The notes: generated from the letters alone by a model not told the origin. A stretch of DNA of 64,000 nt from Eledone cirrhosa (GCA_964016885.1 OZ024742.1:18290001-18354000), one strand, 5' to 3'. Numbered from the stretch's first letter, positions 10,826-21,205 are shown. Numbers and translations: made by a program.

Positions 10826-11155
10826 AATTAACTTTGCCTTTCATCCTTATGGGGTTGATAAAATAAAGTACCAGTAATGGATTGGGTAATTGCTGGCCTT
10901 GTGCCAAAAGTAGAAACAATTAATTAACTTAAATTAACTTTTAACGTCCTGTACCACGTAAAGTCACATTAGGTGGATTGGCAGAGGGTTGGACGCCATG
11001 CTTTATAGCAAAGAGTTACGGCCCTTTATGGTCTGAGTTCAAATTCCTCCGAGGTTAACTTTGCCTTTCATCCTTGATGAGTCGATAAAATAAAGTACCA
11101 GTAATACACTGGGATAATTGCTGGCCTTGTGCCAAAAGTAGAAACAATTAATTAA
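10826..11155 (+). mobile_element. Two family A SINEs (partial plus near-full)
   Basis: Repeated TTAACTTTGCCTTTCATCCTT..GATAAAATAAAGTACCAG..GGCCTTGTGCCAAAAGTAGAAAC; B box GAGTTCAAATTCC at ~11035. Confidence 0.85.
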
Positions 11156-11329
11156 CTCACAGCATCCTGTACTGCATGAATCCATAACAACAAGACATTC
11201 TTGAAAAGTACAAAAAAACACTAACTATATGACATTAAAAACTGAAGTCTTTATTCCAATACTGCAAAGTTTCACAATTATCTCATAAAGATACTATAAA
11301 CAGTTAAATTAACAATCTCATTCTTAGAT

Positions 11330-11585
11330 ATCACAGCTCCGATACTATGGGCATGTAGTTAGAATGTCTCAGGAAAGAATCACTGGACAGATTTGACAGG
11401 CAAAACCAACTGGCAGGTGACCCAGGAGTAAACCCAGAGCAAGATGTTTGGATAACAGCTTGGCTGGTCTTACTTGGGTATCCAGCCAGATCAGTTGGAG
11501 ATGATTGCTTCTGACAGGACCTGCCGGAAGGAGTGTTTGAGGACTCTGCCACCACGGCCCTCAGAAATAAGTGAGAGAAGAAGAA
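11330..11585 (+). mobile_element. RTE-type LINE 3' fragment
   Basis: QLRYYGHVVRMSQERI..KPTGR..RSKPR C-terminal motif; same family as 21235-21540. Confidence 0.75.
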
Positions 11586-11656
11586 ATTAATGAAATAAAA
11601 CAGTCAAAAATTGTAATCAAATGAAAGAATCGAGATAAATTATTTTTTTCACTTAC

Positions 11657-11792
11657 CAATTGGAATATTTTTTGATTTTACCAAGTCTACCATTTCCTGG
11701 GTACCCCCAACTTCTGGATGAAGGAAAGTGCCATGACCAATCCTATCAGGCCCCACAAGGAGAAGTTCTTTACTTTCTGATGGATTTTGAAC
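11657..11792 (-). CDS. ADAL: ADAL/MAPDA coding exon 6
   Basis: VQNPSESKELLLVGPDRIGHGTFLHPEVGGTQEMVDLVKSKNIPI contains the PDRIGHG motif; AG/GT flanks; 136 bp, phase 0/1. Confidence 0.95.
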
Positions 11793-12034
11793 CTGATGAG
11801 TATAAGATATAATTAAAATAAAATATGATTTGAAATTAAACCTAGTTCAAATTTCAGTTTCGATATGAAATAATGCAACAAAAACTTACAGCAGAGAATG
11901 ATTTTATGATACAATACTATTTATTTTATAGTGTTTAGTTGTAAGAAACTCTCTGGATAGCTGAATAGCAGAAGATCTTCAGTGAAGAAACTCCCACTTC
12001 CTTGTTAGCAAGAGTTGGACAAGTTCTCATACAC

Positions 12035-12490
12035 CAGTCATGGGCAAACTGTGGCCCGTTTCACTTTCTGAATGGCACACTTAATTTTAAAATTTCCTTT
12101 AGTTTTTTTAGTAATGTGGCCTGCATTATGACAAGCCACATCCTATGTAGCTTGCCTTATGACAAGCCACATCCTATGTAGCTTGCATTATGACAAGCCA
12201 CATCCTATGTAGCTTGCCTTATGACAAGCCACATCCTATGTAGCTTGCCTTATGACAAGCCACATCCTATGTAGCTTGCCTTATGACAAGCCACATCCTA
12301 TGTAGCTTGCCTTATGACAAGCCACATCCTATGTAGCTTGCCTTATGACAAGCCACATCCTATGTAGCTTGCCTTATGACAAGCCACATCCTATGTAGCT
12401 TGCCTTATGACAAGCCACATCCTATGTGGCTCGCCTTATTATGAACCATATCCTATGGGCCCACTGCTCGAAAAAGGTTGCCCATGCATG
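12035..12490. mobile_element. Non-autonomous hAT (Charlie-like) MITE with internal 31-bp minisatellite
   Basis: TIRs CAGTCATGGGCAAACT and (reverse complement) CATGCATGGGCAACCT. The 8-bp flanks TCATACAC and ATATAGAT share a central TA. Contains ~10 copies of TTATGACAAGCCACATCCTATGTAGCTTGCC at 12126-12436. Confidence 0.75.
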
Positions 12491-12587
12491 ATATAGATCA
12501 AGTCTGTACTGAAGCGGAGCCACATTATTTGAAAATCACATGGTAGTGTGGAAAAATGGATGTTAAATGGTGATGATAATGATACAT

Positions 12588-12826
12588 AGAAGAGACTGAG
12601 GTTGGCTGGACATGCTCACCGACATCCAGAGTTGACACTGCACTCAGTGCTCCTGTGGGAGCCCCTGCATGGACACATTGGAAGAGGAAGACCGAGGTTA
12701 ACATATGTTGATGCCCTAAGGACAGACACTGGTCTGTTGGAGATGCAGGACATGGCAGCGATAATGAGGGACAGAGACTGCTGGAGAGAACTCGTCCATG
12801 GATCTCAGGAATTTTACCCGCCCTAG
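12588..12826 (+). mobile_element. RTE-like LINE C-terminal fragment followed by (TA)/(CA) microsatellite
   Basis: RRLRLAGHAHRH..VLLWEP..G..GRGRPRLTYVD..DR..WR, a typical RTE-group C-terminus. Confidence 0.8.
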
Positions 12827-12840
12827 ACATATATATATAT

Positions 12841-12875
<35 letters not shown>

Positions 12876-12923
12876 CACATACATATATATATATTATGTC
12901 ACTGTTGTAATTATTTATATATA

Positions 12924-12958
<35 letters not shown>

Positions 12959-13265
12959 CATTAAGTTTAACCAGCCAGCAGAAGCAGTTATCAGGGTGTG
13001 GCTGAAAAATGTTCCCGAGCCAAAAGTGAGAGTCTGCTGAGAACCTGTTTACCTCTCCCTCCCTAAGGTTGCTTCTGCCAGACACTAAGGTATTCTCTTT
13101 ACCCGAAATACCCCCAGCTTTGAGATTATATTTCTTCAAATCCTGGATAAGAATGTTAAGAGATAATGATAAATTTTACTTCATGTTAGAGAGGAAAGCT
13201 GCAGGAAGGAATACAAGTAATTATGTCATATGGCATTCCAATAAATTATAAATGTAAAATGAAAC

Positions 13266-13346
13266 CTCAGCCAAATGAACTGCTAGCTTTAGCCCATGTG
13301 ATTTGGCATCCTTTAAAGCCGGTAAGAAATCTCTGGCATCATTAAT
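13266..13346 (-). CDS. ADAL: ADAL/MAPDA coding exon 5
   Basis: INDARDFLPALKDAKSHGLKLAVHLAE contains the HxxE motif (Zn ligand His and catalytic Glu); AG/GT flanks; 81 bp. Confidence 0.95.
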
Positions 13347-13399
13347 CTGAAAACAAAGCAAATAATACTTGTAGTAGAACATATGAAAACACTGACTAG

Positions 13400-13550
13400 G
13401 TAGAGACATGGATATGTGGTAAAGAAGTTTGCTTTGCCATCACATGGTTTTGGATACAGTCCCACTGTGTGGCACCTTAGGCAAGTGTGTTCTACTATAG
13501 TTCTGGGATAACTAAAAGGCACATGCCAGGAAGGGCATCTGGCCATAAGA
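13400..13550 (+). mobile_element. Degenerate tRNA-derived SINE
   Basis: CATGGATATGTGGTAAAGAAGTTTGCTT..CAGTCCCACTGTGTGGCACCTTAGGCAAGTG: a tRNA-like head and core. Confidence 0.6.
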
Positions 13551-13701
13551 CTGTGTCATAAAAAGGACCTCATTATGAATATGAAGCTTATAATGGGAGC
13601 CACAAGATTAACCCCTTCTTTAGCAGGGAAAATAGCTTTAAAAAACACTTGCTGTATTTCCTCAGTAATATCTCACAGAAACACTCAAACCTGATTTGTT
13701 A

Positions 13702-13922
13702 CAATAATGATTTTTAATTTAAGCACAAGACCAGCAATTTGGGAAGGGAAAAGTTGATTATATCAAGCCCAGTATTTGACTGGTATTTTATTTTATTGAC
13801 TATAGAAGGACGAAAGGCAAAACTGACCGTGGCAAGATTTTAACCCAGAAAGGAAGGAGCTGAAAAAATGCTGCAAGGCATTTTATCTGATGCCCTAGCA
13901 ATTGTGACAATCTCCTGCACCT
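13702..13922 (-). mobile_element. Family A SINE, diverged
   Basis: GCACAAGACCAGCAATTT..CTGGTATTTTATTTTATTGAC..GAAAGGCAAA, the reverse complement of the family A body. Confidence 0.7.
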
Positions 13923-14179
13923 AGTTTCGTACAATAATGCCTTCAATGTCAGTTACTGTGACATAGGGGGACCCTAAAGTCTAGACACATAAGTAATATC
14001 ACTATCTCAGTGAACATGAAGGATGGTGATATCGAAAGATAGCAGATATTTTAAATTTATATCATCCCAGAAGGACCCTAATTAGCTTTTCCACTGTAGG
14101 GTTCACGTGAATCTTGCAAAGCGCATCAAACTTTGCATCACAAATTTTAGGAATCCCTTTGAAGATGTTATTTATTAAA

Positions 14180-14360
14180 ATTAATAGGAAGCCGCAGTAG
14201 AGGTAGACCAAGAAAGACCTGGGTAGAGGTTGTGAGAGCGAACCTCAAATCTCTAAGAAGATGACGAAAGAATGCGACAAGTGGAGAGATGCTGTACTGA
14301 GAAGGACCTATCCAACCCATGCAAGCATGGAAAAGTGGACATAAAAACGATGATGATGAT
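14180..14360 (+). mobile_element. RTE LINE 3' end with (GAT)n tail
   Basis: GSRSRGRPRKTWVEVV motif, then CCAACCCATGCAAGCATGGAAAAGTGGAC..GATGATGAT. Confidence 0.8.
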
Positions 14361-14522
14361 TTCAATTAAATCAATGTTGTTGACATTTTCTTTTATTGAA
14401 AATATGCATTTTGCCTATATGTCCAGACTTTGGAGACACCCTGTATTTCTATTATATTTCAAACTACCATTAACTTAAGATATTTGTTCTTAGACTATTT
14501 ACCACATTCCCAATACACTGAC

Positions 14523-14819
14523 CTTTGGATTTCCACTAAAGTCAACCCCAAGAACAATTCCATCAGAGTTGTGCAATAGTTCAGCAGCCATATCAACAGT
14601 TTCTTGGGCAATGTCAGGGTTTGTCTTCCTATCAATAGACAATAACAATCTAACATCAATATCAAGGTTTTCTGCTTTGCAATCCTTTATGGCAGCCAGT
14701 ACTGAGTTGACATAGGATCTTCGGGTCATACCAGTGTTGCTCTCAGCTCTTGGTGTCGTTCTCAGTTCCACATATTTCACATTGTCTTTACAGAAGTCAT
14801 GGATCACATCATAGGTTAT
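14523..14819 (-). CDS. ADAL: ADAL/MAPDA coding exon 4
   Basis: ITYDVIHDFCKDNVKYVELRTTPR..VRLLLSIDR..GIVLGVDFSGNPK, diagnostic ADAL motifs; 297 bp, phase 0/0. Confidence 0.96.
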
Positions 14820-14989
14820 CTAGTTAATATCAGCATTGCAAAAAAAAAAAAAAAGAAAAAAAAGAAAGGAATACATATATATTTAAATATATAGATCGAC
14901 AGTCGATCAACTTTCGTCAAATCGGACTGAGGAAACAATGTTTCCATTGTTTTTTTCTAATTGCTAAAACTATCTATCGGTTGCAACTC

Positions 14990-15122
14990 CAGGTAGAAGG
15001 AGCAACGTGAAATAAAGTGCCTTGCTCAAGGACATAACGCATCATAACGCATTTGGGAATCAAACTCACAACCTCGCAATTGTGAATCCACTTCTCTAAC
15101 CACTCAGCCACGCGCCTCCACA
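14990..15122 (-). mobile_element. tRNA-derived SINE (family B)
   Basis: Reverse complement GGAGGCGCGTGGCTGAGTGGTTAGAG (A box)..GAGTTTGATTCCC (B box)..CCTTGAGCAAGGCACTT. Confidence 0.75.
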
Positions 15123-15300
15123 AGAATGTATACATATATTATACATATATACATTAAATATATTACCAAACACTCTTAATTATATCATAATTCAATTAAC
15201 ATATGTTTCATCCAAATAGGACTCGTCGGAATTAAATATGATATAACTTTTTCACCTACATCTTTCCAGTTTTTATATTTGGAAATGTATTTCTATATAT

Positions 15301-16135
15301 TCATATCTAAATTACCATATATATATATTGGTGAGGTGGCAGCACTTAGCTCAAACTAATCACATCTAAATTACCATATATATTGGTGAGGTGGCACCAC
15401 TTAGCTCAAACTAATCACATCTAAATTACCATATATATTGGTGAGGTGGCACCACTTAGCTCAAACTAATCATATCTAAATTACCATATATATATATATT
15501 GGTGAGGTGGCACTACTTAGCTCAAACTAATCACATCTAAATTACCATATATATTGGTGAGGTGGCACCACTTAGCTCAAACTAATCACATCTAAATTAC
15601 CATATATATATATATTGGTGAGGTGGCACTACTTAGCTCAAACTAATCACATCTAAATTACCATATATATATATATTGGTGAGGTGGCACTACTTAGCTC
15701 AAACTAATCACATCTAAATTACCATATATATTGGTGAGGTGGCACCACTTAGCTCAAACTAATCATATCTAAATTACCATATATATATATTGGTGAGGTG
15801 GCACCACTTAGCTCAAACTAATCACATCTAAATTACCATATATATTGGTGAGGTGGCACCACTTAGCTCAAACTAATCATATCTAAATTACCATATATAT
15901 ATATATTGGTGAGGTGGCACCACTTAGCTCAAACTAATCACATCTAAATTACCATATATATATATTGGTGAGGTGGCACCACTTAGCTCAAACTAATCAC
16001 ATCTAAATTACCATATATATTGGTGAGGTGGCACCACTTAGCTCAAACTAATCACATCTAAATTACCATATATATATATTGGTGAGGTGGCACCACTTAG
16101 CTCAAACTAATCATATCTAAATTACCATATATATG
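15301..16135. repeat. Compound minisatellite, ~14 units of ~55-62 bp with a variable (AT)n core
   Basis: CAYATCTAAATTACC-(AT)n-TGGTGAGGTGGCACYACTTAGCTCAAACTAAT repeated; unit length varies only through the AT run. Confidence 0.95.
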
Positions 16136-16204
16136 GCCGTCCAAACCCATGTAAGCGTGGAACACGGACGTTAAACGATGATGATGATGATGATGATGAT
16201 ATAT

Positions 16205-16345
16205 ATATGTGAGTCCTGGATTTAATTGAGGGTAACCACAGTAAGGTACTCAAAACATTAGTAGAGTGTAAACATCATGTTTAATATAGAAATGGCTTCT
16301 ACAGGACTAGAACTGTTTCATTCAAAATAAATCATCATCCTGATT
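16205..16345. mobile_element. Dispersed repeat, possibly a Penelope-like terminal segment; second copy at ~8205-8320
   Basis: GAGTCCTGG..GTAACCACAGTAAGGTACTCAA..TTAGTAGAGTGTAAACATCA..TATAGAAAT.GC.TCTACAGGA is shared by both loci, each starting right after a (TA)n run. The Penelope assignment is inference. Confidence 0.5.
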
Positions 16346-16588
16346 ATTTGAGACCCAAAAGTAGTTGATTGATACTCAATATTTCATAGTATATTAAATA
16401 GTTAACAAGTTCACCATAATTTACAGTATATATATATATACCCATGCAAGCGTGGAACACGGACGCTAAACCTGATGATGATGATATATATATATATATA
16501 TATAAAAGGTAAACAGAAATAACAACACAATCGGTACAGTATATGGAAGTAATATATTAGGTTAACGCTTGAAATAGCAGGAAGAGGG

Positions 16589-16624
16589 TCTTAACGTTTC
16601 GGATGCTAGTCCTTCATCAGAAGA
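16589..16624 (-). ncRNA. Minimal type I hammerhead ribozyme-like motif (Penelope-type)
   Basis: Minus strand UCUU-CUGAUGA-A-GGA-CUAGCA-UCC-GAA-ACGU-U-AAGA: both conserved core boxes, a 3-bp stem II, a palindromic ACGU helix III and a 4-bp stem I. Confidence 0.5.
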
Positions 16625-16739
16625 AAGAATGAGAAATAAAATAAATTGAAGGGATGGGATGGAATGTTGAAACAATGGGAAAAAGATTAAGAAAGATGAA
16701 ATACAGAATCATAACCAGAAAATATAGAAGTCGAGAATT

Positions 16740-16925
16740 TAATGATTTCTACTATAGGCACAAGGCCAGCAATTTTGGAGGAAGGGAAAGTTGATTAAAT
16801 CAACCCCAGTGCATTACTAGTACTTTATTTATCTACATGATTTGAACTCAGAATGTAAAGGGTTGCAACTCTATGCCATAAAGCATGGCGTCCGACCCTC
16901 TACCGATACTGCCAATCCACCATCT
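16740..16925 (-). mobile_element. Family A SINE
   Basis: GGCACAAGGCCAGCAATTTT..GATTTGAACTCAG..CCGACCCTCTACCGATACTGCCAATCCACC. Further copies at ~16935-17270 (interrupted by a MITE) and ~17285-17425. Confidence 0.8.
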
Positions 16926-16999
16926 TAACAAAATATAATAATGGTTTCTAAAATAAGCACAAGGCCAGATATTTGTGTTGGGTGAGAGAAAGTTAATTA

Positions 17000-17183
17000 T
17001 GAGAGGTGCTGAAAAGTTCCTGATTTTAAGGGTATCATGTAAAGGTAGATCTGTTACCTTTACAGTAGGATCGCTGCAATAAGTGTGTGAATCTGAGAGG
17101 GGAATATGTTGAATAAAATCATAATTAACTGACCCTCTTGTATTTTCTTTTACCCAAGGCCAAAAACTTTTCAGCAACCCTCA
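17000..17183. mobile_element. Tc1/Mariner-type MITE inserted in a SINE
   Basis: TIRs TGAGAGGTGCTGAAAAGTT and (reverse complement) TGAGGGTTGCTGAAAAGTT, each flanked by TA. Confidence 0.8.
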
Positions 17184-17447
17184 TATATCAACTCCAAGAC
17201 TTTATTGGTACTATATTCGATTGACCCCTAAGAAGGATGAAAGGCAAAGTTGATCTTGACAGGATTTGAATAATTAATATAACATTGATTTCTAATTTAT
17301 GTACAAGTCCAGCAATTCAGGAGAAGAGTAAGATTGATTATATTGACTCAGTATTTAACTGGTATTTTATTTTATTGAACCCCAGAAGGATGAAAGACAA
17401 AGTTAACCTCAAAATGATTTGAATAATGAATTTAACAATAAAACAAC

Positions 17448-17508
17448 CTTGTATATGGCTTTTTCATTATCTGTGACTTGGTGGATCTTTTTGAAGATGT
17501 CGAAACAC
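17448..17508 (-). CDS. ADAL: ADAL/MAPDA coding exon 3
   Basis: CFDIFKKIHQVTDNEKAIYK versus human CFQMFQTIHQLT; tttgcAG/GT flanks; 61 bp, phase 2/0. Confidence 0.92.
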
Positions 17509-17564
17509 CTGCAAAGAAAATATTTAAATAGAAAATAGAAATAACTATCATTATCATTGTTTAA

Positions 17565-17768
17565 CCCTTTAGCATTTACATTACTCTATATATATTATTG
17601 TATTTTTGTGGTAAAGACTTTACCTTACATAATATCAAATCTATGAGATTTTGATATTTATTTTGAGAAAATTACCTTAACAGCAGTATGAGTGGCCAGT
17701 TACAGCCAGTCTGAAGAGAAAGAGGTGAGAAACTTTGGCTAGGTATGGCCGGTTTAAATGCTAAAGGG
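17565..17768. mobile_element. piggyBac-type MITE
   Basis: Perfect 14-bp TIRs CCCTTTAGCATTTA and TAAATGCTAAAGGG, flanked by TTAA (17561-17564) and CTAA (17769-17772). Confidence 0.8.
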
Positions 17769-17916
17769 CTAATGTCCAGTTTCCACACTTGCATGGGTTA
17801 GATAGGTCGTCATGTTATGAGACAAGTCAGGCTAGGAGACCACATCTTGCTTCATATGGATCTCTATTTTGGCTTGGTTGCTACAGCAGGATGACCAACC
17901 TAAAACCAACCACATT

Positions 17917-18064
17917 ACAGAGTGGACCGGGTGCTTTTTATCATGGAGCCAAAATGACTATCTAACAGGGTGGACTGGGTGGTTTTTGTCATGTCACCAG
18001 TATGATCACCTTACAGGGTGGACTGGTCACTTTTTGTCATGTCATGAGTATGATCACCTTACAG
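17917..18064. repeat. Three tandem 48-bp degenerate repeats
   Basis: ACAGRGTGGACYGG..TTTTTGTCATG..TATGATCACCTT repeated three times; gives the 16-aa periodicity in ORF 17869-18153. Confidence 0.75.
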
Positions 18065-18246
18065 TGATTATTAGAATGCACAACCTTTGTGCATACATTT
18101 TTTGGGAACACTCTGTATATACATTTGGATGCACTTGGCTGGTATTTTATTGACCTTCATAAGGGCTGTGGGACAGAGAAGCAGTACAAATACTAAAAGA
18201 TAACCTATCTAATGTTATAACACTACCAATTTACCGTCTTACTTAC

Positions 18247-18392
18247 TTATTAAGTTTTTGGTAATCTTCGTTTTCTTCGAAACTATTCCCAGAACTTTTG
18301 ATTTGATATTCTTCAACAGATAAATTTTTTTGTTGGGAAATTTCTTGTAATGTTTTTGAAGATATGGTAGAATTTATGTGAGCATGTAATTC
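18247..18392 (-). CDS. ADAL: ADAL/MAPDA coding exon 2
   Basis: ELHAHINSTISSKTL contains the HxH Zn-binding motif (family consensus ELHAHLNGS); AG/GTAAGT flanks; 146 bp, phase 0/2. Confidence 0.93.
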
Positions 18393-18612
18393 CTGAGAAG
18401 AACAATAAAACAACATGATAAACAGAACAAACAAAATGGTGAGGAAATATTTCTTATAATAACCTCTTTTAACCATTGTATTAATGTATTTCTAATGAAA
18501 TACACTGTATATGAATTAATTAATGAAGAACTGGGAGGGATTTACTAAAGTCATTAATTATTTTGTTGTGGCTTTCAAACTTTGAATTCTTTATTAATTA
18601 TTTATCATTAAG

Positions 18613-18703
18613 ATGGACCAAGGGGATGGCAAAAGGCCAGACAACATGACAATTTCCTGTTCTGCGGAGGTAGGCTCCTCATCTGGGATGCCATATGCTG
18701 TGA
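18613..18703 (+). mobile_element. CRE-like retrotransposon fragment (RLE first motif)
   Basis: DQGDGKRPDNMT then (frameshifted) LIWDAICCD, homologous to 21935-22030. Confidence 0.7.
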
Positions 18704-18989
18704 CAAACGTGAATATAATTTCTATTCCATTTAACATCAGTTTTTCTATTTTAAAGAGAGGGGTCACATATAAGTTACAAAGGAGAATTATTTTTACCAG
18801 GAGACCAGGTATTGCTATTCCCATCCTCTCCACCTTATGTTGTAGAGTATGAAAGGGCTTGTCTATATATAAACCCTGTCCTGACCAGAACTGGACTGCT
18901 GGTAAATTAAGAATGAAAAGAAATAGGCAGAAGTAATCTACAAAGCATTTGGTCAAACAATTCCCTAGGGAATTAATCTGATAAAATGA

Positions 18990-19197
18990 CAAGTCTGTCA
19001 ATCATATTGGCGGCCTCCCACAGAATATTGGTGGACAGAATGGAGAAGGCATTTCCCCGGAGGATGGCAAGAGAGGCGCGCTGGAAAAGCCATTCCAGCT
19101 CGCGAGGCTCACACCTGCGGCTGGCCAGCTCAGCACCTCTGGTTGTGAGTAGGGAGGTAGCCCTAGGGCCGAGGACACCAGAAATCTCCACTGCCTA
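18990..19197 (-). mobile_element. CRE-like retrotransposon fragment (RLE C-terminus)
   Basis: AVEISGVLGP..EPRELEWLFQRASLAILRGNAFSIL, matching the conserved QRxSxAxxRGNA terminus of CRE-type RLE proteins. Confidence 0.8.
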
Positions 19198-19364
19198 GGG
19201 TACAACTTAAATATAATCTTATTTTTTTAATAGCAATTTTTAAATTTTATTTGGCACAATACCACATTTCTGATATAACGTGGATATCAAATGACAAATA
19301 AAGACAAACTTATTTGACTATAATTGTAATTGTGGCAGTGTTACCTCTTGTGTATGATTGTACA

Positions 19365-19605
19365 CAGGGTTAGATTTAGACCTTGGGGGCCCGGGGCACT
19401 TCAGTTTTTTTTTTGGGGGGGAGGGGGCTCATACACCAAAAATTAAAACACACAGTAAACTGTCCAAGTTATACATACAGGTATTAAATTAAAAAATTCT
19501 AACCATCCTAAAACTAAAAAGCCTAAATTGCTACGGCTGTCGCTGGTGAGGCCGCCCCTGCAGGGGGCCCGGGGCAATTGCTCCCCTCCATTAAATCCCG
19601 ATCTG
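19365..19605. mobile_element. Non-autonomous hAT-type MITE
   Basis: Imperfect TIRs CAGGGTTAGATTTA and (reverse complement) CAGATCGGGATTTA. The 8-bp TSD is ATTGTACA/TTTGTACA (7 of 8 match). Subterminal GGGGGCCCGGGGCA occurs twice. Confidence 0.75.
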
Positions 19606-20617
19606 TTTGTACATGTATATGTAGTGGCCAAAGTTCACAGCACGAACCAGTTAATGAAAGGTTGTCACGCCCCCTCTGTATGCCCGCTACGCCTCACCGA
19701 TTTGCTGAACTGCAGGTGTATATAAAGTATAATATATTCAGAAACAAATTGGATACAGGTTTTTAAACACACACACTACAGTAAAAAAGTAGAATAAATA
19801 AATATATAAAATTTCAGTATTATTATAGAAAAGCAACCAACTTCGATTTCAGTGGGTTAGGGTTACGCTTTCATATAAAAAAAAAATCGATTGCGAGCAC
19901 CTTCGAGGTTAGATTAGTTGATAGTACATGAAATAACATTAGGAAAAAAACATTTAAAAAATAATTTAAATGTTTAAAAAGGTGGGAGGTTGGGAGGTTA
20001 ATTATTTGAACAATGTTTTAAGTCAACACAGGCTTTTCTTTTGTAGGCATAGTGTAGCGTAGACTTCATCCAATAGCTCCTTCCTTTTTTTAAGATGATG
20101 GGTGTGTGATTTAAGGGGTATTTCTCTGCTATTTCTAACAGGTCTAAAGACTACTTAAAGGTCAGTTAGTGGATATTTTAACCTCACGTAAGCCTTGGTC
20201 GAAGAGACATCCGTTCAAAAACAGTCCAACCGTGACGATACTATCATTTTCTATATATTTAAATACATTATCATTGTGTCCTTCCGTTTTCTTTAAGCAG
20301 TAGAGTGCTTCTGAGGGGTATTTGGTTGCTATTTCTAGCAGGTCAAGCAACCACAGAGACGCCCAGTATATAAAGCTAAACTTTATCAACACAGAAATTG
20401 TTGGTAAAATCGATATAAGGAATAAACAGACCATAATGAAAATAGGGGACAACAAAAAATATGAAACAAAATACGATAGAAGACTTCTTTTTAAGTTATT
20501 TTTATGCTGAAAATATATAAATACATTATTAAACATTTAACACAGTATAAACTAACCAATACGTAAACATTTAGGAAAAGCAAAAATAAAACCAAAATAT
20601 CTAAAATATAAACCAAC

Positions 20618-20650
20618 AATTTTAGGGAGTTGAGAACAAAAAATATCCAT
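20618..20650 (-). CDS. ADAL: ADAL/MAPDA coding exon 1 (start codon at 20650-20648)
   Basis: ATG GAT ATT TTT TGT TCT CAA CTC CCT AAA ATT | GT = MDIFCSQLPKI, joining ELHAH (human DFYSELPKVELHAH). The eight exons total 1041 nt = 346 aa plus stop, and all phases are compatible. Confidence 0.88.
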
Positions 20651-20994
20651 CGTTACAGTTGGTTTCCCTCCACAAAGAAGTATCCAATAACAACGAGGGA
20701 CCTCAAGACAAATACACCTGTCAGTAATGTCTTATTGCAGAGGGAATCTTTGCTCGTAAATTATATATTAAGATACTATATTTAATTATTTCTTATACAA
20801 CACAGCGTACATTTGATAATCTAAAATATCTGTAAACTTAATGTCGCTTTTTATATATTTACTGAAAAAAAAACCAAAACATTTTTGTTTCTTCTATACT
20901 TTAGCAAATCACCTAGTAATTTCTGTTTTCGATTACTATCTGAATAATTCCGCTTTTTACATTTACCTACTTACAAGGGACTCTTAATGTGGTA

Positions 20995-21205
20995 ACTCAA
21001 CCTGTTAGAAATAGCAGTAAAATCTCAACCTCACGAGCCAAGAGTAGAGCCCTTCAATGATCCCTCAATCTGCTAGAAATAGTAGTAAAATGTCAACACA
21101 CTAGCCAAGAGTGGAGTTCCTCAATCTGCTAGAAATAGCAGTAAAATCACAATCTACGAGCCTCACAATTGTTACTCTAACTGCTTAAAATAGCAGTAGA
21201 ATCTT
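20995..21205. repeat. Four degenerate direct repeats of CTCAAYCTGYTAGAAATAGYAGTAAAAT
   Basis: Copies at ~20997, 21064, 21120 and 21176; the reverse-complement motif occurs at ~20120-20145 and ~20320-20345. Confidence 0.7.

Noticed and set aside
19854-19865. Telomeric repeat signal (GGGTTAGGGTTA; also GGGTTR in each satellite unit)
   Set aside because: Only two copies here and one hexamer per satellite unit, too little to infer a telomeric origin.
20162-20536. 124-aa hydrophobic ORF as a membrane protein
   Set aside because: AT-rich low-complexity sequence in ADAL intron 1 containing a dispersed repeat motif; no recognisable domain.
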